A stretch of DNA of 64,000 nucleotides from Elusimicrobiota bacterium (GTDB lineage Bacteria > Elusimicrobiota > Elusimicrobia > Elusimicrobiales > UBA9959). The notes beneath the pieces were generated by a model. That model saw nothing but the letters and a program-made list of their open reading frames with translations. It was not told the DNA's origin and made no database searches. Positions within the stretch are counted from its first letter, which is position 1. The number at the start of each line of letters is the position of its first letter. The stretch spans positions 65,386 through 129,385 of the forward strand of contig JAJUJA010000002.1 in the NCBI GenBank assembly GCA_029267355.1, given 5' to 3'. This document shows, piece after piece, positions 25,026 to 38,019 of the stretch. Position numbers and translations under genes: made by a program.

Positions 25026-25486
25026 TTATGGGGGACATGCTTGTTAAACTGTATGACCTGCCGGCTTTTTGCTCAAATGAGATAAACGGAATAATCATAA
25101 AAAGAGCCATAGCGCCTGAAAAAATTCCGGTTTGCTTGTGGGTAAGGGAAAATTTTTCCCAGGCCTGGGCGGGAGAATGCGAAAACGCTTTTTCAAAAAC
25201 ACCCTCAACCTGTTTTATAGCCGTAAAAGACGGCAAGATCCTCGGTTTCGCCTGCTATGACACAACAGCCAAGGGCTTTTTCGGTCCCATAGGCGTAAGC
25301 TCTTCCGAAAGAAAAAGCGGCATAGGAAAAGCTCTTCTTTTAGCAGCCCTTGATCAAATGAAAGCTGACGGCTACGGCTACGCTATAATAGGATGGGCGG
25401 GCCCCCAGGATTTTTTTATAAAGAACTGCAAAGCTGTTCCGATAGAACGATCTGAGCCGGGTATCTACAGGCATATGGTCAAATAG
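25022..25486 (+). CDS. GNAT family N-acetyltransferase
   Basis: Acetyl-CoA binding region PIGVSSSERKSGIGKALLLAAL; 154 aa. Confidence 0.75.
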   Translation: MIMGDMLVKLYDLPAFCSNEINGIIIKRAIAPEKIPVCLWVRENFSQAWAGECENAFSKTPSTCFIAVKDGKILGFACYDTTAKGFFGPIGVSSSERKSGIGKALLLAALDQMKADGYGYAIIGWAGPQDFFIKNCKAVPIERSEPGIYRHMVK

Positions 25487-25505
25487 ATATCTGTCCCGCC
25501 CGAAA

Positions 25506-26264
25506 ATGCATAAGAAATCCGAATATTCAAACTGGCAAAAGAGTTTTTTTGAAAAAGGTTTTTATAATCCGGTCTGTCCGGCGAGCAAAAAAGCCGCAAA
25601 AAAAGAAGCGGAATTTGCGATAGAGAAAAGCGGAATAAACAGAGGGCAGGCGGTTCTTGATTTATGCTGCGGACCGGGCCGTCACGCTCTTATTTTCGCA
25701 GAAAAAGGATTCAAAACCGCAGGAATCGATTTCTCGCAAAGCTACATCATGCAGGCAAAAAAAGAGGCGGAAAAAAAGAATTTGAAAATAAGATTCTTGA
25801 AAGCGGACGCAAGGAAAATATCCTTGAAAGAAAATTTCGACCTCGCGGTCAACTTTTTCACTTCCTTCGGCTACTTCACGGATCACAGAGACGACATAAG
25901 AATGCTGAAAAATATTCACAGAGCGCTGAAAAAAGGCGGTAAGCTTTTGATAGACGTGATAAACGGAGATTTCCTGAAGAACAATGCGAAAAATAGGGAC
26001 TGGCACAGCGCCGCAAAAGGGGTTTTTTTTCTTGAAAACAACTATCTTTCAAAGGACGGCAAATATCTTTTCAGCGAATGGATAAAAATTGAAGGACGCA
26101 AAACAAAAAAAAGAAGATTTTTCCTTCGTCTTTACAACAAAAAGAGAATATCCGGCGCGCTCATTAAAGCCGGTTTTAAAATAAAAAGATTTTACGGCGG
26201 CTTTGATGGAAGCAGACTTAACAAGCAAAGCGAAAGACTTATTGTTTTGGCTGTAAAAAAATAA
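25506..26264 (+). CDS. Class I SAM-dependent methyltransferase
   Basis: Motif I VLDLCCGPGRH and post-I/II region; 252 aa. Confidence 0.8.
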   Translation: MHKKSEYSNWQKSFFEKGFYNPVCPASKKAAKKEAEFAIEKSGINRGQAVLDLCCGPGRHALIFAEKGFKTAGIDFSQSYIMQAKKEAEKKNLKIRFLKADARKISLKENFDLAVNFFTSFGYFTDHRDDIRMLKNIHRALKKGGKLLIDVINGDFLKNNAKNRDWHSAAKGVFFLENNYLSKDGKYLFSEWIKIEGRKTKKRRFFLRLYNKKRISGALIKAGFKIKRFYGGFDGSRLNKQSERLIVLAVKK

Positions 26265-26411
26265 AAGCTCCAGGCCGCAAAATAAATTGACTGCCTCAAT
26301 TATTATTTATATAATTATAGTCAGGCCCGATTTTGGCTGTTTATGGTTTTATTAACATAAAAAATCTTTATTTTTCAATGTTTTTTATTAAAAACATCAA
26401 AAAAAGCGGGC

Positions 26412-27776
26412 TTGCGGATAAAATTTGTGGAAAATAATAATCAGTTAAAAGAAATCTGGACTATAGCGGTTGAGAAAGTTGAAGCTAAAGCCGGCAGAGA
26501 TTTGACCGACTTATGGGTCAGATCAATAATGCCGCTGACATTTGAAGAAGACACTTTCAAACTTGAAATCTCTAATTCGCTTATTTACGAAAATTTGAAA
26601 AAAAATTTTTTGGACTCCGCTATAGTGGAGGCTTTAAGCGAAACTCTCGGCCGGCCCATAAAAATAGATTTTACGATTTCTCTTAAACCTCAAATAAAAA
26701 AAGAAGCCGTTCCTGCGGCGGCATGGGTTACGGAAAAGAAACAAAATTATCAGGAAACAGGTCTTTCTCCCTCATATACTTTTGAAGAAATTCTTGAAGG
26801 GGAAACCAACAGGTTCGCCATAACCATGGCAAAAAAAGTGGCGGAAAACCCGGGCGGCAGCTCAAACCCCTATTTCGTCTATGCGCCTTCGGGCATGGGA
26901 AAGACACATCTTCTTCACGCTATAGGCAATGAAATCTTAAAAAACAAGCCTGCCGCAAAAATACTTTACGTTTCGGCCGACACCTTCGTTGATGAATTCA
27001 TACAGACGATAAAAGAGGGAAAGTTTGAATCTTTCAGGACAAAATACAGAACACTTGACTGCCTGCTTCTTGACGATGTGCAGTTTATAGTCAAAAAAGA
27101 GAGAAGCGAAGAGGAGTTTTTTCATACGTTTAACAGTCTCTTTGATTACAAAAAACAGATAGTTGTAAGCTCTGACAAAGCCCCAAACGACCTGGAGCTC
27201 AATGAAAGGCTTATAACAAGGTTTAAAACCGGCGCTATAGCCGACATAAAAAGGCCTGAATATGAACTAAGGGTAGCAATACTCAACAGGGAAAATGAAA
27301 AAAATAATTTCCATCTGCCGTCAGACGTGGTAAACTTCATAGCCGAAAAAGTCACTGACAGCATAAGAAGCCTTAAAGGCTGCGTATCAAATGTGGCTCA
27401 TTTCTGCATAAATAACCGGATATATCCCTCAATAGATGCGGTTGAGAACATAATAAAGGATTATGTGCCGGCCGGAAACGTCTCAAATATATATGTCTCA
27501 ATAGAAAAGATAAAAGAGGAAGTGGCCAGGGCTTTCAATATAAATCCGTCAGACATAAACCTCAAAACAAGGGCGGAAAGAATAGCTCTGCCGAGACAGG
27601 TGGCAATGTATCTGGCCTGCAATCTTACGGACAAATCTCTTCCGGAAATAGGCGAGGCTTTTGATAAGAATCACGCTACTGTAATTTTCGCCAGAGACAA
27701 GATTTTACAGATGATACAAAGCGACCCTTTTTTCAATAAAACGATCAATGACATTATTAACAAAATAAGGGGTTGA
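26412..27776 (+). CDS. dnaA: Chromosomal replication initiator DnaA
   Basis: Walker A PSGMGKTHLL, LLLDDVQF, and the C-terminal DNA-binding signature ALPRQVAMYLACNLT. TTG start at 26412, with GTG at 26427 as the alternative. Confidence 0.95.
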   Translation: MRIKFVENNNQLKEIWTIAVEKVEAKAGRDLTDLWVRSIMPLTFEEDTFKLEISNSLIYENLKKNFLDSAIVEALSETLGRPIKIDFTISLKPQIKKEAVPAAAWVTEKKQNYQETGLSPSYTFEEILEGETNRFAITMAKKVAENPGGSSNPYFVYAPSGMGKTHLLHAIGNEILKNKPAAKILYVSADTFVDEFIQTIKEGKFESFRTKYRTLDCLLLDDVQFIVKKERSEEEFFHTFNSLFDYKKQIVVSSDKAPNDLELNERLITRFKTGAIADIKRPEYELRVAILNRENEKNNFHLPSDVVNFIAEKVTDSIRSLKGCVSNVAHFCINNRIYPSIDAVENIIKDYVPAGNVSNIYVSIEKIKEEVARAFNINPSDINLKTRAERIALPRQVAMYLACNLTDKSLPEIGEAFDKNHATVIFARDKILQMIQSDPFFNKTINDIINKIRG

Positions 27777-27807
27777 TTTGTTGAGAAGTTTTTATTAGCG
27801 GTTTTTT

Positions 27808-27885
27808 TGTTGATAAAGTGGATAAAGTGAGTAAAATGTTCATAAAAAACGCCAACGGCTATCAACATTAAGAACATTATCCACA
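27808..27885. promoter_or_regulatory. DnaA-box cluster (candidate oriC element) in the dnaA-dnaN spacer
   Basis: A perfect TTATCCACA lies at 27877-27885. AGTGGATAA at 27817-27825 is 8/9 in reverse orientation. TGTTGATAA (27808-27816) and CTATCAACA (27859-27867) are each 7/9. Confidence 0.6.
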
Positions 27886-27913
27886 GGAGCATCTTAATAA
27901 GAAGGAGATTAAT

Positions 27914-29023
27914 ATGAAGATAGTTTCCGAAAAAGAGGGTTTGTTAAAAGGCATTCAGGTTATTCAATCCGCCGTCACATCGAGAACCGGAACCATGCCG
28001 GCTTTGCAGAATTTTTTAATAGAAACCGAGAAAGAGGGAATAAAAATAATTTCCACAGATCTGGAAATAGCCATAAAGCACTTTATAAAAACTGACGTCA
28101 AAACGCCCGGCTCCGTAACGCTTCCCATGAAGAAGTTCAATGAAATAGTGCAGAACTTTGACGATGACACAGTTTCTCTTTTCGCGGATGAGGACGCCAA
28201 GGTTACGGTTAACAGCGGCAAAGCTAAAGTTAAAATAGCCGGTATACCTAAAACCGAATATCCGCTTATACCCGAAATAGACGAAAAAGATTGTTTTGAA
28301 TTAAACGCGGTTGAATTGTCGGAGATGATAGAAAAGACCGTGTTCTCCGTGTCAAACGAAGAGGAAAGACAGTTCCTTAACGGTTTACTGTGGGAGAAGA
28401 ATAAGGATGTTTTAAGCATAGTGGCCACGGACGGCAGGCGTCTGGCCCTTTACAGAAAAAACAAGATAGGAGCTAAAAAGGATTTCAGGGTTATAATTCC
28501 GGCAAAAATAATGAATGAGCTGGCGAGATTTCTTAAGGCGAACGCGAAAGACAAAAAAGAGACCGTAAAGGTGGATCTTTCTGCAAATCAGGCGGGGTTC
28601 ATTTTTGGAAAAACGGTTTTTATTTCGAAATTCATAGAAGGAAACTTCCCTGATTATGAAAGAATAATTCCCAAGGAATTCAATATAGCCGTAGAGATAG
28701 ACTCGCAAAAACTTCTGTCTGCCACAAAACGCGCGGCCATATGTTCAAACGAGAGAAACGCCTCGGTGAGATATTCTTTCAAAAAAGGCGTTATAATTAT
28801 AAGCTCCTCTTCCCAGAGCATAGACTTCGAGGATGAGTTTGAAATAGATTATAAAGGCGAAGATTTTCAGGTTAACTATAATCCGAAATTTGTGCTGGAC
28901 ATACTTAAGAATGTCTCAGGAAAAAAAGTTGAGTTTTCCTTTTCAGATCCCGGCAAACCTTCCATAATCAAGGATTGCGGCAACAGTGAGCTTCTTTATG
29001 TCGTCATGCCTTTGAGACAATAG
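27914..29023 (+). CDS. dnaN: DNA polymerase III beta sliding clamp
   Basis: 369 aa with a three-domain clamp-like sequence. It sits in the canonical position after dnaA and has the C-terminal LYVVMPLRQ. Confidence 0.95.
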   Translation: MKIVSEKEGLLKGIQVIQSAVTSRTGTMPALQNFLIETEKEGIKIISTDLEIAIKHFIKTDVKTPGSVTLPMKKFNEIVQNFDDDTVSLFADEDAKVTVNSGKAKVKIAGIPKTEYPLIPEIDEKDCFELNAVELSEMIEKTVFSVSNEEERQFLNGLLWEKNKDVLSIVATDGRRLALYRKNKIGAKKDFRVIIPAKIMNELARFLKANAKDKKETVKVDLSANQAGFIFGKTVFISKFIEGNFPDYERIIPKEFNIAVEIDSQKLLSATKRAAICSNERNASVRYSFKKGVIIISSSSQSIDFEDEFEIDYKGEDFQVNYNPKFVLDILKNVSGKKVEFSFSDPGKPSIIKDCGNSELLYVVMPLRQ

Positions 29024-29024
29024 A

Positions 29025-29315
29025 ATGGGAAGAAAAAAAGGCGGAATGAAAAGTTTGGCCGAGATAATTTCATCCCGCAATATTTTTTTCGGCATTAACC
29101 CCTCAAATCTGCCCGTGCTCGCCGCGGCATGGGACAGGGAGTACGGCGGGTTCAGCAGATATTTTAATCTTGAAGGCGTGGAGAAAAACGCCGTAATAGT
29201 TAAAGCCCGCAGTTCTTGCGCTGCAAACGATGTGAAGCTGAGGGAAAAAGAGATAATAAGGACACTCAATAAGTATTTTAAGAATAAATGGATAAAATCC
29301 GTAAAGGTTGTTTAA
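29025..29315 (+). CDS. DUF721 (DciA-like) domain protein
   Basis: A small protein between dnaN and gyrB. AAAWDREYGG...AVIVKARSSCAANDVKLREKEIIRTLNKY resembles the DUF721 pattern as I remember it. Confidence 0.6.
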   Translation: MGRKKGGMKSLAEIISSRNIFFGINPSNLPVLAAAWDREYGGFSRYFNLEGVEKNAVIVKARSSCAANDVKLREKEIIRTLNKYFKNKWIKSVKVV

Positions 29316-31796
<2,481 letters not shown>

Positions 31797-31832
31797 AGCG
31801 CAGCTTTTACAAATTTAAGACAAGGAGCTTTT

Positions 31833-34313
31833 ATGAGCGAAGAAAAAAAAGAAGAAGTTTTTAACTCGAATGTGATGGAAAGAGATATATCGGAAGAAAT
31901 GAAGTCTTCCTACATAGATTACTCAATGAGCGTCATAGTCGGCCGCGCCCTTCCTGATGTCAGAGACGGCCTTAAGCCGGTTCACAGAAGAGTGCTTTAC
32001 ACGATGTATGACATGGGCCTGCGCCACAATAAGCCGTTCAAGAAATCGGCGCGTATAGTCGGCGATGTGATGGGTAAATATCATCCCCATGGAGACGCCG
32101 CCATATACGACACTCTTGTCAGAATGGCCCAGGATTTTTCGCTCAGATACACTCTGGTGGATGGTCAGGGAAATTTCGGCTCGGTGGACGGAGATCCGCC
32201 GGCCGCCATGCGTTATACCGAAGCCAGACTGGCCGGGATATCCGAAGAAATACTAGGCGATATAGACAAGGAGACGGTGAAATTTATTCCCAACTATGAC
32301 GGCTCTCTTTCTGAGCCGTCTGTTTTGCCGGCCAAACTGCCAAATCTGCTCATAAACGGCTCTTCAGGCATAGCCGTGGGCATGGCCACGAATATTCCGA
32401 CGCATAATTTAAGCGAGGTTTGCGATGCTGCCATAGCGCTGATAGAAAATCCTGAGATACAGATAAAGGATTTGATGAAATTCATCAAAGGCCCGGATTT
32501 TCCCACAGGCGGCATAATCAGAGGCAGAAAAGGAATAAAGGATTATTTTGAAACCGGCCGCGGTTCAGTTAAAATGCAGGCTAGGACCGAGATAGAAGAG
32601 ATTAAAGGCAACAGGGAAGCCATAATAGTCACTGAAATTCCCTATCAGGTCAATAAATCCGCTTTGATAGAGAACATAGCCAATCTGGTCAAAGAGAAAA
32701 AGATAACCGACATATCCGACATAAGGGACGAATCCGACCGCCGCGGCATGAGAATAGTCATAGAGATAAAAAGGGACGGCAATGCGCAGGTCGTCCTGAA
32801 TCAGCTTTACAAGCATACCCAGATGGAAACCTCTTTCGGCGTGATAATGCTGGCCATAGTTGACGGCAAGCCGAGAGTGCTGAACATAAAAGAGGTATTG
32901 CAGCAATATGTCAAACACAGAAGGATAGTCGTTTACAACAGGACAAAATACGATCTTAACAGAGCCCTGGCCAGAGCTCATATTCTGGAAGGATATCTCA
33001 TAGCCCTTCAGAACATAGACGCGGTAGTGGAGATAATAAAGAAATCAAAAGATGCCCAGGAAGCAAAGCAGAAACTGATGAAGCAGTTCGCCTTAAGCGA
33101 AATACAGGCGCAGGCCATACTTGATATGAGACTGCATCAGCTGACCAAACTTGAGACCGGGCAGATAGAGGAAGAGCATAAAGCGCTGATGAAGCTTATA
33201 AAGGAGCTGAGAGAAATACTTGCAGACCCGAAGAAAATACTCAAGATAATAGCCGATGAGCTTAAGGAATTGAAGGAGAAGTACGGCGACAAGAGAAAAA
33301 CCGAAATAGCCGGCGAGGCGACTGAGCTTGATATTGAAGATCTTATCCCCGAAGAGGATGTGGTAATAACCATAACTCACAGCGGCTATATAAAAAGAAT
33401 TCCCTGCGACACTTACAAGGTTCAGGGCAGAGGCGGCAAGGGAGTTATGGGCTCGGACCTCAAAGAGGAGGATTTCATAGAGCATCTCTTTTCCACCTCC
33501 AGCCACGCCACCATACTTATGTTTACGACAAGGGGCAAGGTTTATGCCGTCAAAGGATATGAAATTCCCGAGGGAAACAGAACTTCCCGCGGCAAGGCCA
33601 TAGTCAATATTCTGCCTATAAAGGACGAGAAGATAACATCCATAATAGCGATAGAATCCTTTGAAGAGAAAAAGAAAAACGAGTCTTATCTTATGATGTG
33701 CACCAGAAAAGGAAATATAAAAAAGACTCCTATTTCAGATTTTGCCAATATAAGGAAATCTGGAATAAACGCCATAACGCTTGAAGATGGGGATATATTG
33801 ACCAGCGTTGCGCATACGGACGGCACATATGAGGTAATAATAGGCACAAAGGAAGGCATGTCCATAAGATTCAATGAAAGCGAAGTAAGGGATATGGGCA
33901 GAAACGCCATGGGCGTAAGAGGCATAAGGCTAGGCAAAGACGATAATGTTGTGGGCATGGAGGCGGCCGAACAGAAGACAAAGAAAACCCTCCTTACGGT
34001 CTGCGAAAACGGTTACGGGAAAAGAACCGACCTGGACGAATACCGCCATCAGCACAGAGGCGGAAGCGGCGTTATAACCATAAAAGCCACTGACAGGAAC
34101 GGCGCTGTTGTCGGTGTATATCTTGTGGAAGATAAAGATGATCTTATGGTTATGACCGAGAAGGGCAAGGTTATAAGAATATCCTGCGCTGATATAAGGG
34201 TAATAAGCAGGAATACTCAGGGCGTAAGGATAGTCAAGCTTGACGCCGGCGATAAAATAGCCAGCGTTGAGCCCGTGGTCAAGGAAGATATTGACCCAGA
34301 AGAAGCAAAGTAA
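31833..34313 (+). CDS. gyrA: DNA gyrase subunit A
   Basis: [13 protein letters not shown] and [10 protein letters not shown] (active-site Tyr region), plus C-terminal beta-pinwheel repeats. Confidence 0.97.
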   Translation: MSEEKKEEVFNSNVMERDISEEMKSSYIDYSMSVIVGRALPDVRDGLKPVHRRVLYTMYDMGLRHNKPFKKSARIVGDVMGKYHPHGDAAIYDTLVRMAQDFSLRYTLVDGQGNFGSVDGDPPAAMRYTEARLAGISEEILGDIDKETVKFIPNYDGSLSEPSVLPAKLPNLLINGSSGIAVGMATNIPTHNLSEVCDAAIALIENPEIQIKDLMKFIKGPDFPTGGIIRGRKGIKDYFETGRGSVKMQARTEIEEIKGNREAIIVTEIPYQVNKSALIENIANLVKEKKITDISDIRDESDRRGMRIVIEIKRDGNAQVVLNQLYKHTQMETSFGVIMLAIVDGKPRVLNIKEVLQQYVKHRRIVVYNRTKYDLNRALARAHILEGYLIALQNIDAVVEIIKKSKDAQEAKQKLMKQFALSEIQAQAILDMRLHQLTKLETGQIEEEHKALMKLIKELREILADPKKILKIIADELKELKEKYGDKRKTEIAGEATELDIEDLIPEEDVVITITHSGYIKRIPCDTYKVQGRGGKGVMGSDLKEEDFIEHLFSTSSHATILMFTTRGKVYAVKGYEIPEGNRTSRGKAIVNILPIKDEKITSIIAIESFEEKKKNESYLMMCTRKGNIKKTPISDFANIRKSGINAITLEDGDILTSVAHTDGTYEVIIGTKEGMSIRFNESEVRDMGRNAMGVRGIRLGKDDNVVGMEAAEQKTKKTLLTVCENGYGKRTDLDEYRHQHRGGSGVITIKATDRNGAVVGVYLVEDKDDLMVMTEKGKVIRISCADIRVISRNTQGVRIVKLDAGDKIASVEPVVKEDIDPEEAK

Positions 34314-34321
34314 TATTTGCC

Positions 34322-34357
34322 GGCGCCGGAGATATCTCCGGCGCTTTTTCTTTTTTT
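34322..34357 (+). terminator. Rho-independent terminator after gyrA
   Basis: Perfect palindrome GCGCCGGAGAT/ATCTCCGGCGC followed by TTTTTCTTTTTTT. Confidence 0.7.
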
Positions 34358-34361
34358 CCAT

Positions 34362-34958
34362 ATGGATATAATTGAAATAATCTCCGCTATTTTTACGCTA
34401 ACTCTTGTAATGGATCCGCTCGGCAATATTCCGCTTTTTATAACCGCGCTTAAAAATGTGGAAGAGAGCAGAAGGATAAAAGTTATAACGAGAGAGCTTA
34501 TCATAGCCCTGTTCATAATGGTGTTTTTCCTGTTTTTCGGCAAATGGATAGTGAGACTTCTCTCCATAGATATGCCGTCTCTTTCGGTCGCCGGCGGAAT
34601 AGTTCTTTTCCTTATAGCCCTTTCCATGATATTTCCGTCAAATCATTCCGCTTTTTCAGAGACGCCTGACAGCGAACCTTTTATAGTGCCTCTTGCCATA
34701 CCGCTTGTGGCCGGGCCTTCGGTGCTCAGCACCATTCTAATTTTTAATATGAAGGATCCGGGAAATCTGCCTGTATGGTTTCTGATAGTTTTTGTGTCAT
34801 GGCTTATAAACATAGCCATACTCGGCTTTTCATCAAAAATAGCTAAGTTTCTCGGGCAAAGAGGCCTGACCGCTCTTGAGAAACTCATGGGCATGATACT
34901 TATAACGATTTCAGTTCAAATGCTTCTGACTGGAATAAAGAAATTCATAATGGGCTGA
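34362..34958 (+). CDS. MarC family (NAAT) membrane protein
   Basis: Starts MDIIEIISAIFTLTLVMDPLGNIPLF (MarC signature) and is multi-TM. Start set at 34362 because the longer ORF would run through the gyrA terminator. Confidence 0.75.
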   Translation: MDIIEIISAIFTLTLVMDPLGNIPLFITALKNVEESRRIKVITRELIIALFIMVFFLFFGKWIVRLLSIDMPSLSVAGGIVLFLIALSMIFPSNHSAFSETPDSEPFIVPLAIPLVAGPSVLSTILIFNMKDPGNLPVWFLIVFVSWLINIAILGFSSKIAKFLGQRGLTALEKLMGMILITISVQMLLTGIKKFIMG

Positions 34959-34975
34959 ATATTTAAGGAGGAATT

Positions 34976-35530
34976 GTGAAAAAAGCTTTTTTTGCCTTTT
35001 TTCTTGCCGCGGTGTATATGCCGGCCTGGGCCGGCGAGTTTATGGGCGTAAAGTCGGAAGATAAAATAGTTTTGCCCCATGGAGAGCTGGTTCTTAATGG
35101 AATGGGTTTGAGAAAAAAAGTCGTTTTCAATGTTTATGTGGCTTCATTATACCTGGAAAAGAAGAACTCCAATTATATGGAAGTTATAAAAAGCAGGGAA
35201 AACAAGGTGGTTGAGCTTTCCTTCCTTCGCTCTGTAAGCGGCAAAACCATAGCCGATGCCATTGAGGAAAGTTTCAGGAAAAATTCGCCCGATTTTAAAG
35301 CTCTGGCTGAAAGGCTTGAAGTCTTTAAAAGCTATATACCTGATTTGAAGAAGAGAGACCTGGTCAGATTTGTTTTCAATAGAAACGAAACGCTGGAAGT
35401 TTTTTATAACGGAGCCAAAAAAGGCGAGATAAAAGGGCCTGATTTTTGCGAGACTTTGCTTAATGTCTGGCTTGGAGAAAAACCGGCCGATGAAGGCCTC
35501 AAGAACGGAATGCTTGGACTTAAAAAGTAA
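34976..35530 (+). CDS. Chalcone isomerase-like family protein (secreted)
   Basis: GTG start with an AAGGAGG RBS and a signal peptide. LNGMGLRKKVVFNVYVASLYL and LLNVWLGEKPADEGLK are typical of the bacterial chalcone-isomerase-like family. Confidence 0.7.
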   Translation: MKKAFFAFFLAAVYMPAWAGEFMGVKSEDKIVLPHGELVLNGMGLRKKVVFNVYVASLYLEKKNSNYMEVIKSRENKVVELSFLRSVSGKTIADAIEESFRKNSPDFKALAERLEVFKSYIPDLKKRDLVRFVFNRNETLEVFYNGAKKGEIKGPDFCETLLNVWLGEKPADEGLKNGMLGLKK

Positions 35531-35573
35531 AGTAAAATTGTCTGAAAAGCCCCTTATATTGTAAAATTTAACT

Positions 35574-35978
35574 ATGGCGATAAAAGCTGTCAAACAATAC
35601 ACTGTTTTTCTTCCAAATAAACCCGGCTCTTTAAGCAATTTTGTGGAGCTTTTTGCCAATGAAGGCATAAATATCATAGGTATAGCAAGCGAAATTCATG
35701 ATGAATCCGGCATAGTAAAGATAGCCATAGACTCTGACAAAAAACTAAGCTATATACTGACCAGGGCGGGTTTTACGACCCTTGAAACCACGATGATATC
35801 CATAGATCTTCTTGACAGACCGGGCGAGCTTTTAAAGCTTACAAAGATACTCGGCGAAAATGACATAAACATAACCACGGTTTACGGCACAGCTTTCGGC
35901 GGTACCACTTCAAGAATACTTATCAATGTATCCGACCCTCATAAAGCCATAGAAGTGCTTTCAAAAAATTATCAGTAA
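35574..35978 (+). CDS. ACT domain-containing protein
   Basis: Two tandem ACT-like beta-alpha-beta-beta-alpha-beta units (VFLPNKPGSLSNFVELFANEGINI and LLDRPGELLKLTKILGENDINI). Confidence 0.6.
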   Translation: MAIKAVKQYTVFLPNKPGSLSNFVELFANEGINIIGIASEIHDESGIVKIAIDSDKKLSYILTRAGFTTLETTMISIDLLDRPGELLKLTKILGENDINITTVYGTAFGGTTSRILINVSDPHKAIEVLSKNYQ

Positions 35979-36000
35979 GCCGCAGCTTAATCCGGCTTTC

Positions 36001-36441
36001 TCAGTAATGGTATTTTTTTCCTTTGTTTATGGCAAAAGCCCTGTAGAGCTGTTCAAGAAGAACAAGCCTTGCCATTTCATGAGTAAGGGTCATTTTTGAT
36101 AAAGCCATTTTCAGGAAGGCCCTTTTCTTTACTTCCGGCGAGGGGCCGTATACGCCGCCTACGGCGAAAGAGATCTCGCCTTTGTTTTTTAGAAAAGAGG
36201 CAAAATCAATGCTGGAAAGATTTTCGCCCCTCTCGTCAAGCAGCACAAAGTTTTCCGGAAGCTTTTCCAGAAATTTTTCGGATTCCTGCTTTATGACCTG
36301 ATTTATATCCCCGTGTCCTTCTCTGAATTCAATTATCTCCACGCAGGCGTCATTTTTGAGAAATTTAAGATATTCTTTTACCCCTTCCGCTATGAAGGGA
36401 GTTCTTGTTTTTCCCGGCCAGAAAAGCCTGATCTTAACCAT
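36001..36441 (-). CDS. rlmH: 23S rRNA (pseudouridine1915-N3)-methyltransferase RlmH
   Basis: SPOUT-fold RlmH pattern: MVKIRLFWPGKTR..., LLDERGE, FAVGGVYG and C-terminal GKKYHY. Start at the internal ATG at 36441. Confidence 0.85.
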   Translation of the reverse strand: MVKIRLFWPGKTRTPFIAEGVKEYLKFLKNDACVEIIEFREGHGDINQVIKQESEKFLEKLPENFVLLDERGENLSSIDFASFLKNKGEISFAVGGVYGPSPEVKKRAFLKMALSKMTLTHEMARLVLLEQLYRAFAINKGKKYHY

Positions 36442-36599
36442 AAGGATAATTATACACCATGAGCCGAAATTTATGTTCATTCCTGATATGCCGCCCGGTT
36501 AAAAAAGCTTCTTTATTTTCCGCGATATAAAATATAAAATATATCTCTGAATTGAAACTGCTTGATTGCGGTTTGATTTGCTTTTATATAAGAGGTTTT

Positions 36600-38000
36600 A
36601 TGGCGGCAAATGATATAGTGTTCGGCACAGACGGTTTTCGCGCCATGATAGGCGACAAATTTGATTTCAATAATGTAAGGCGTATAGCCCAGGGACTGGC
36701 TGACTATATGGCTTACAAGTCAATGAAGGGTCCCGATAAAAAAGTCGCAATCGGCTATGACAGGCGCTTTTTGTCCGAAAAATTTGCCGAGCAATTTGCC
36801 GCGGTGCTGGTTAAAAGCGGCATACCTGCGGAAGTTTCGCTTACGCCGATTTCCACTCCGGCCATAAGCGTTCTCACCGAGAAGAAATATGTTATGGGCG
36901 TTGTCATAACAGCCAGTCATAATCCCTACCTTTACAACGGCGTCAAGATAAAATACAAGGGCAGATCGGCGCCTCCGGCCATGACGGCGGAAATAGAAAC
37001 TCATATACCTAAAAATCCCGTCGCAGAGGTTAAGTGCAATGTTGAAAAAAAGGATTTCAGAAAGGAGTATTGCTCTTACATAAAGTCAAAGTACGACCTG
37101 AAAAAAATACTTTCAGGCATAAAGGGAAAGATAGTCGTGGACTTTATGAATGGAACAGCCGCTGAGGTGGCTGATGAAATATTCTGCGGCAGCAAGAATA
37201 TAATTTGCCTTCACGCAAACAGGGACCCGCTTTTTACCCAGGTCGGCGCCCCGGAGCCGGTTGAGAAAAATTTGGCAGAGCTTATAAAAACGGTGAAAGA
37301 CAATAAAGCTCTCATGGGCATAGCTGTGGACGGCGACGGCGACAGATTCGCGCTTATAGACGACAGGGGCAATTATCTCACGCCCTGCCAGATAGCTCCC
37401 CTGATAGTTGATTATTTGGTTGAACATAAAAAGTATTCCGGCAAGCTGGTGCAGGCCGTCTCTCTGGGATATTTGACCAAAAGGATAGCGGCAGCCAATA
37501 AATTCCTCTTTGAGGAAGTGCCTGTAGGATTTAAATTCATAGCGGAAAAAATAGCTTCTGAGGATATTCTTTTCGGCGCAGAGGAATCCGGCGGCTATGC
37601 ATGGAAGAAGAATCTGCCCGAAAGGGACGGCTTTATAACCGCTTTGATGCTTCTTGAAATCAGCGCTGTAAAGAAGAAAAAAGTTTCAGAACTTTGGGCT
37701 GAGATAGAAAAGAAATACGGTAAGTCGGTTTTTCTCAGGCAGGATTACCATTTGCCCAAACCTGTCGGGAATAAGCACTCTTTTGCCGTTAAAATAAAGA
37801 AAAAACTGGCCAAAAAAATACTGAATTACAAGGTCAAGGAAGCCAATACTCTTGACGGGCTTAAGGTTGTGCTGGAAAATGACTGGTGGTTTTTGATAAG
37901 GCCTTCAGGCACAGAGCCTCTTCTGAGAGTGTATGCCGAGACGGACAGTCAGTCAAATACCAGAAAACTGCTTGAAACTGCCTATAAGGCTTCAATCTAG
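36600..38000 (+). CDS. Phosphoglucomutase/phosphomannomutase family protein
   Basis: FGTDGFRA, active-site TASHNP, the metal loop VDGDGDRF, and RPSGTEPLLRVY. Confidence 0.85.
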   Translation: MAANDIVFGTDGFRAMIGDKFDFNNVRRIAQGLADYMAYKSMKGPDKKVAIGYDRRFLSEKFAEQFAAVLVKSGIPAEVSLTPISTPAISVLTEKKYVMGVVITASHNPYLYNGVKIKYKGRSAPPAMTAEIETHIPKNPVAEVKCNVEKKDFRKEYCSYIKSKYDLKKILSGIKGKIVVDFMNGTAAEVADEIFCGSKNIICLHANRDPLFTQVGAPEPVEKNLAELIKTVKDNKALMGIAVDGDGDRFALIDDRGNYLTPCQIAPLIVDYLVEHKKYSGKLVQAVSLGYLTKRIAAANKFLFEEVPVGFKFIAEKIASEDILFGAEESGGYAWKKNLPERDGFITALMLLEISAVKKKKVSELWAEIEKKYGKSVFLRQDYHLPKPVGNKHSFAVKIKKKLAKKILNYKVKEANTLDGLKVVLENDWWFLIRPSGTEPLLRVYAETDSQSNTRKLLETAYKASI

Positions 38001-38019
38001 TTTTTAAACAGGAGGAAAG

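Noticed and set aside
34317-34361. Longer N-terminal extension of the MarC-family ORF starting at 34317.
   Set aside because: The extension would be translated through the perfect gyrA terminator hairpin (34322-34357). The MarC signature begins right at the ATG at 34362.
38001-38019. Looked for a SAM riboswitch upstream of metK.
   Set aside because: Only 19 nt separate metK from the preceding gene, which leaves no room for a riboswitch aptamer.
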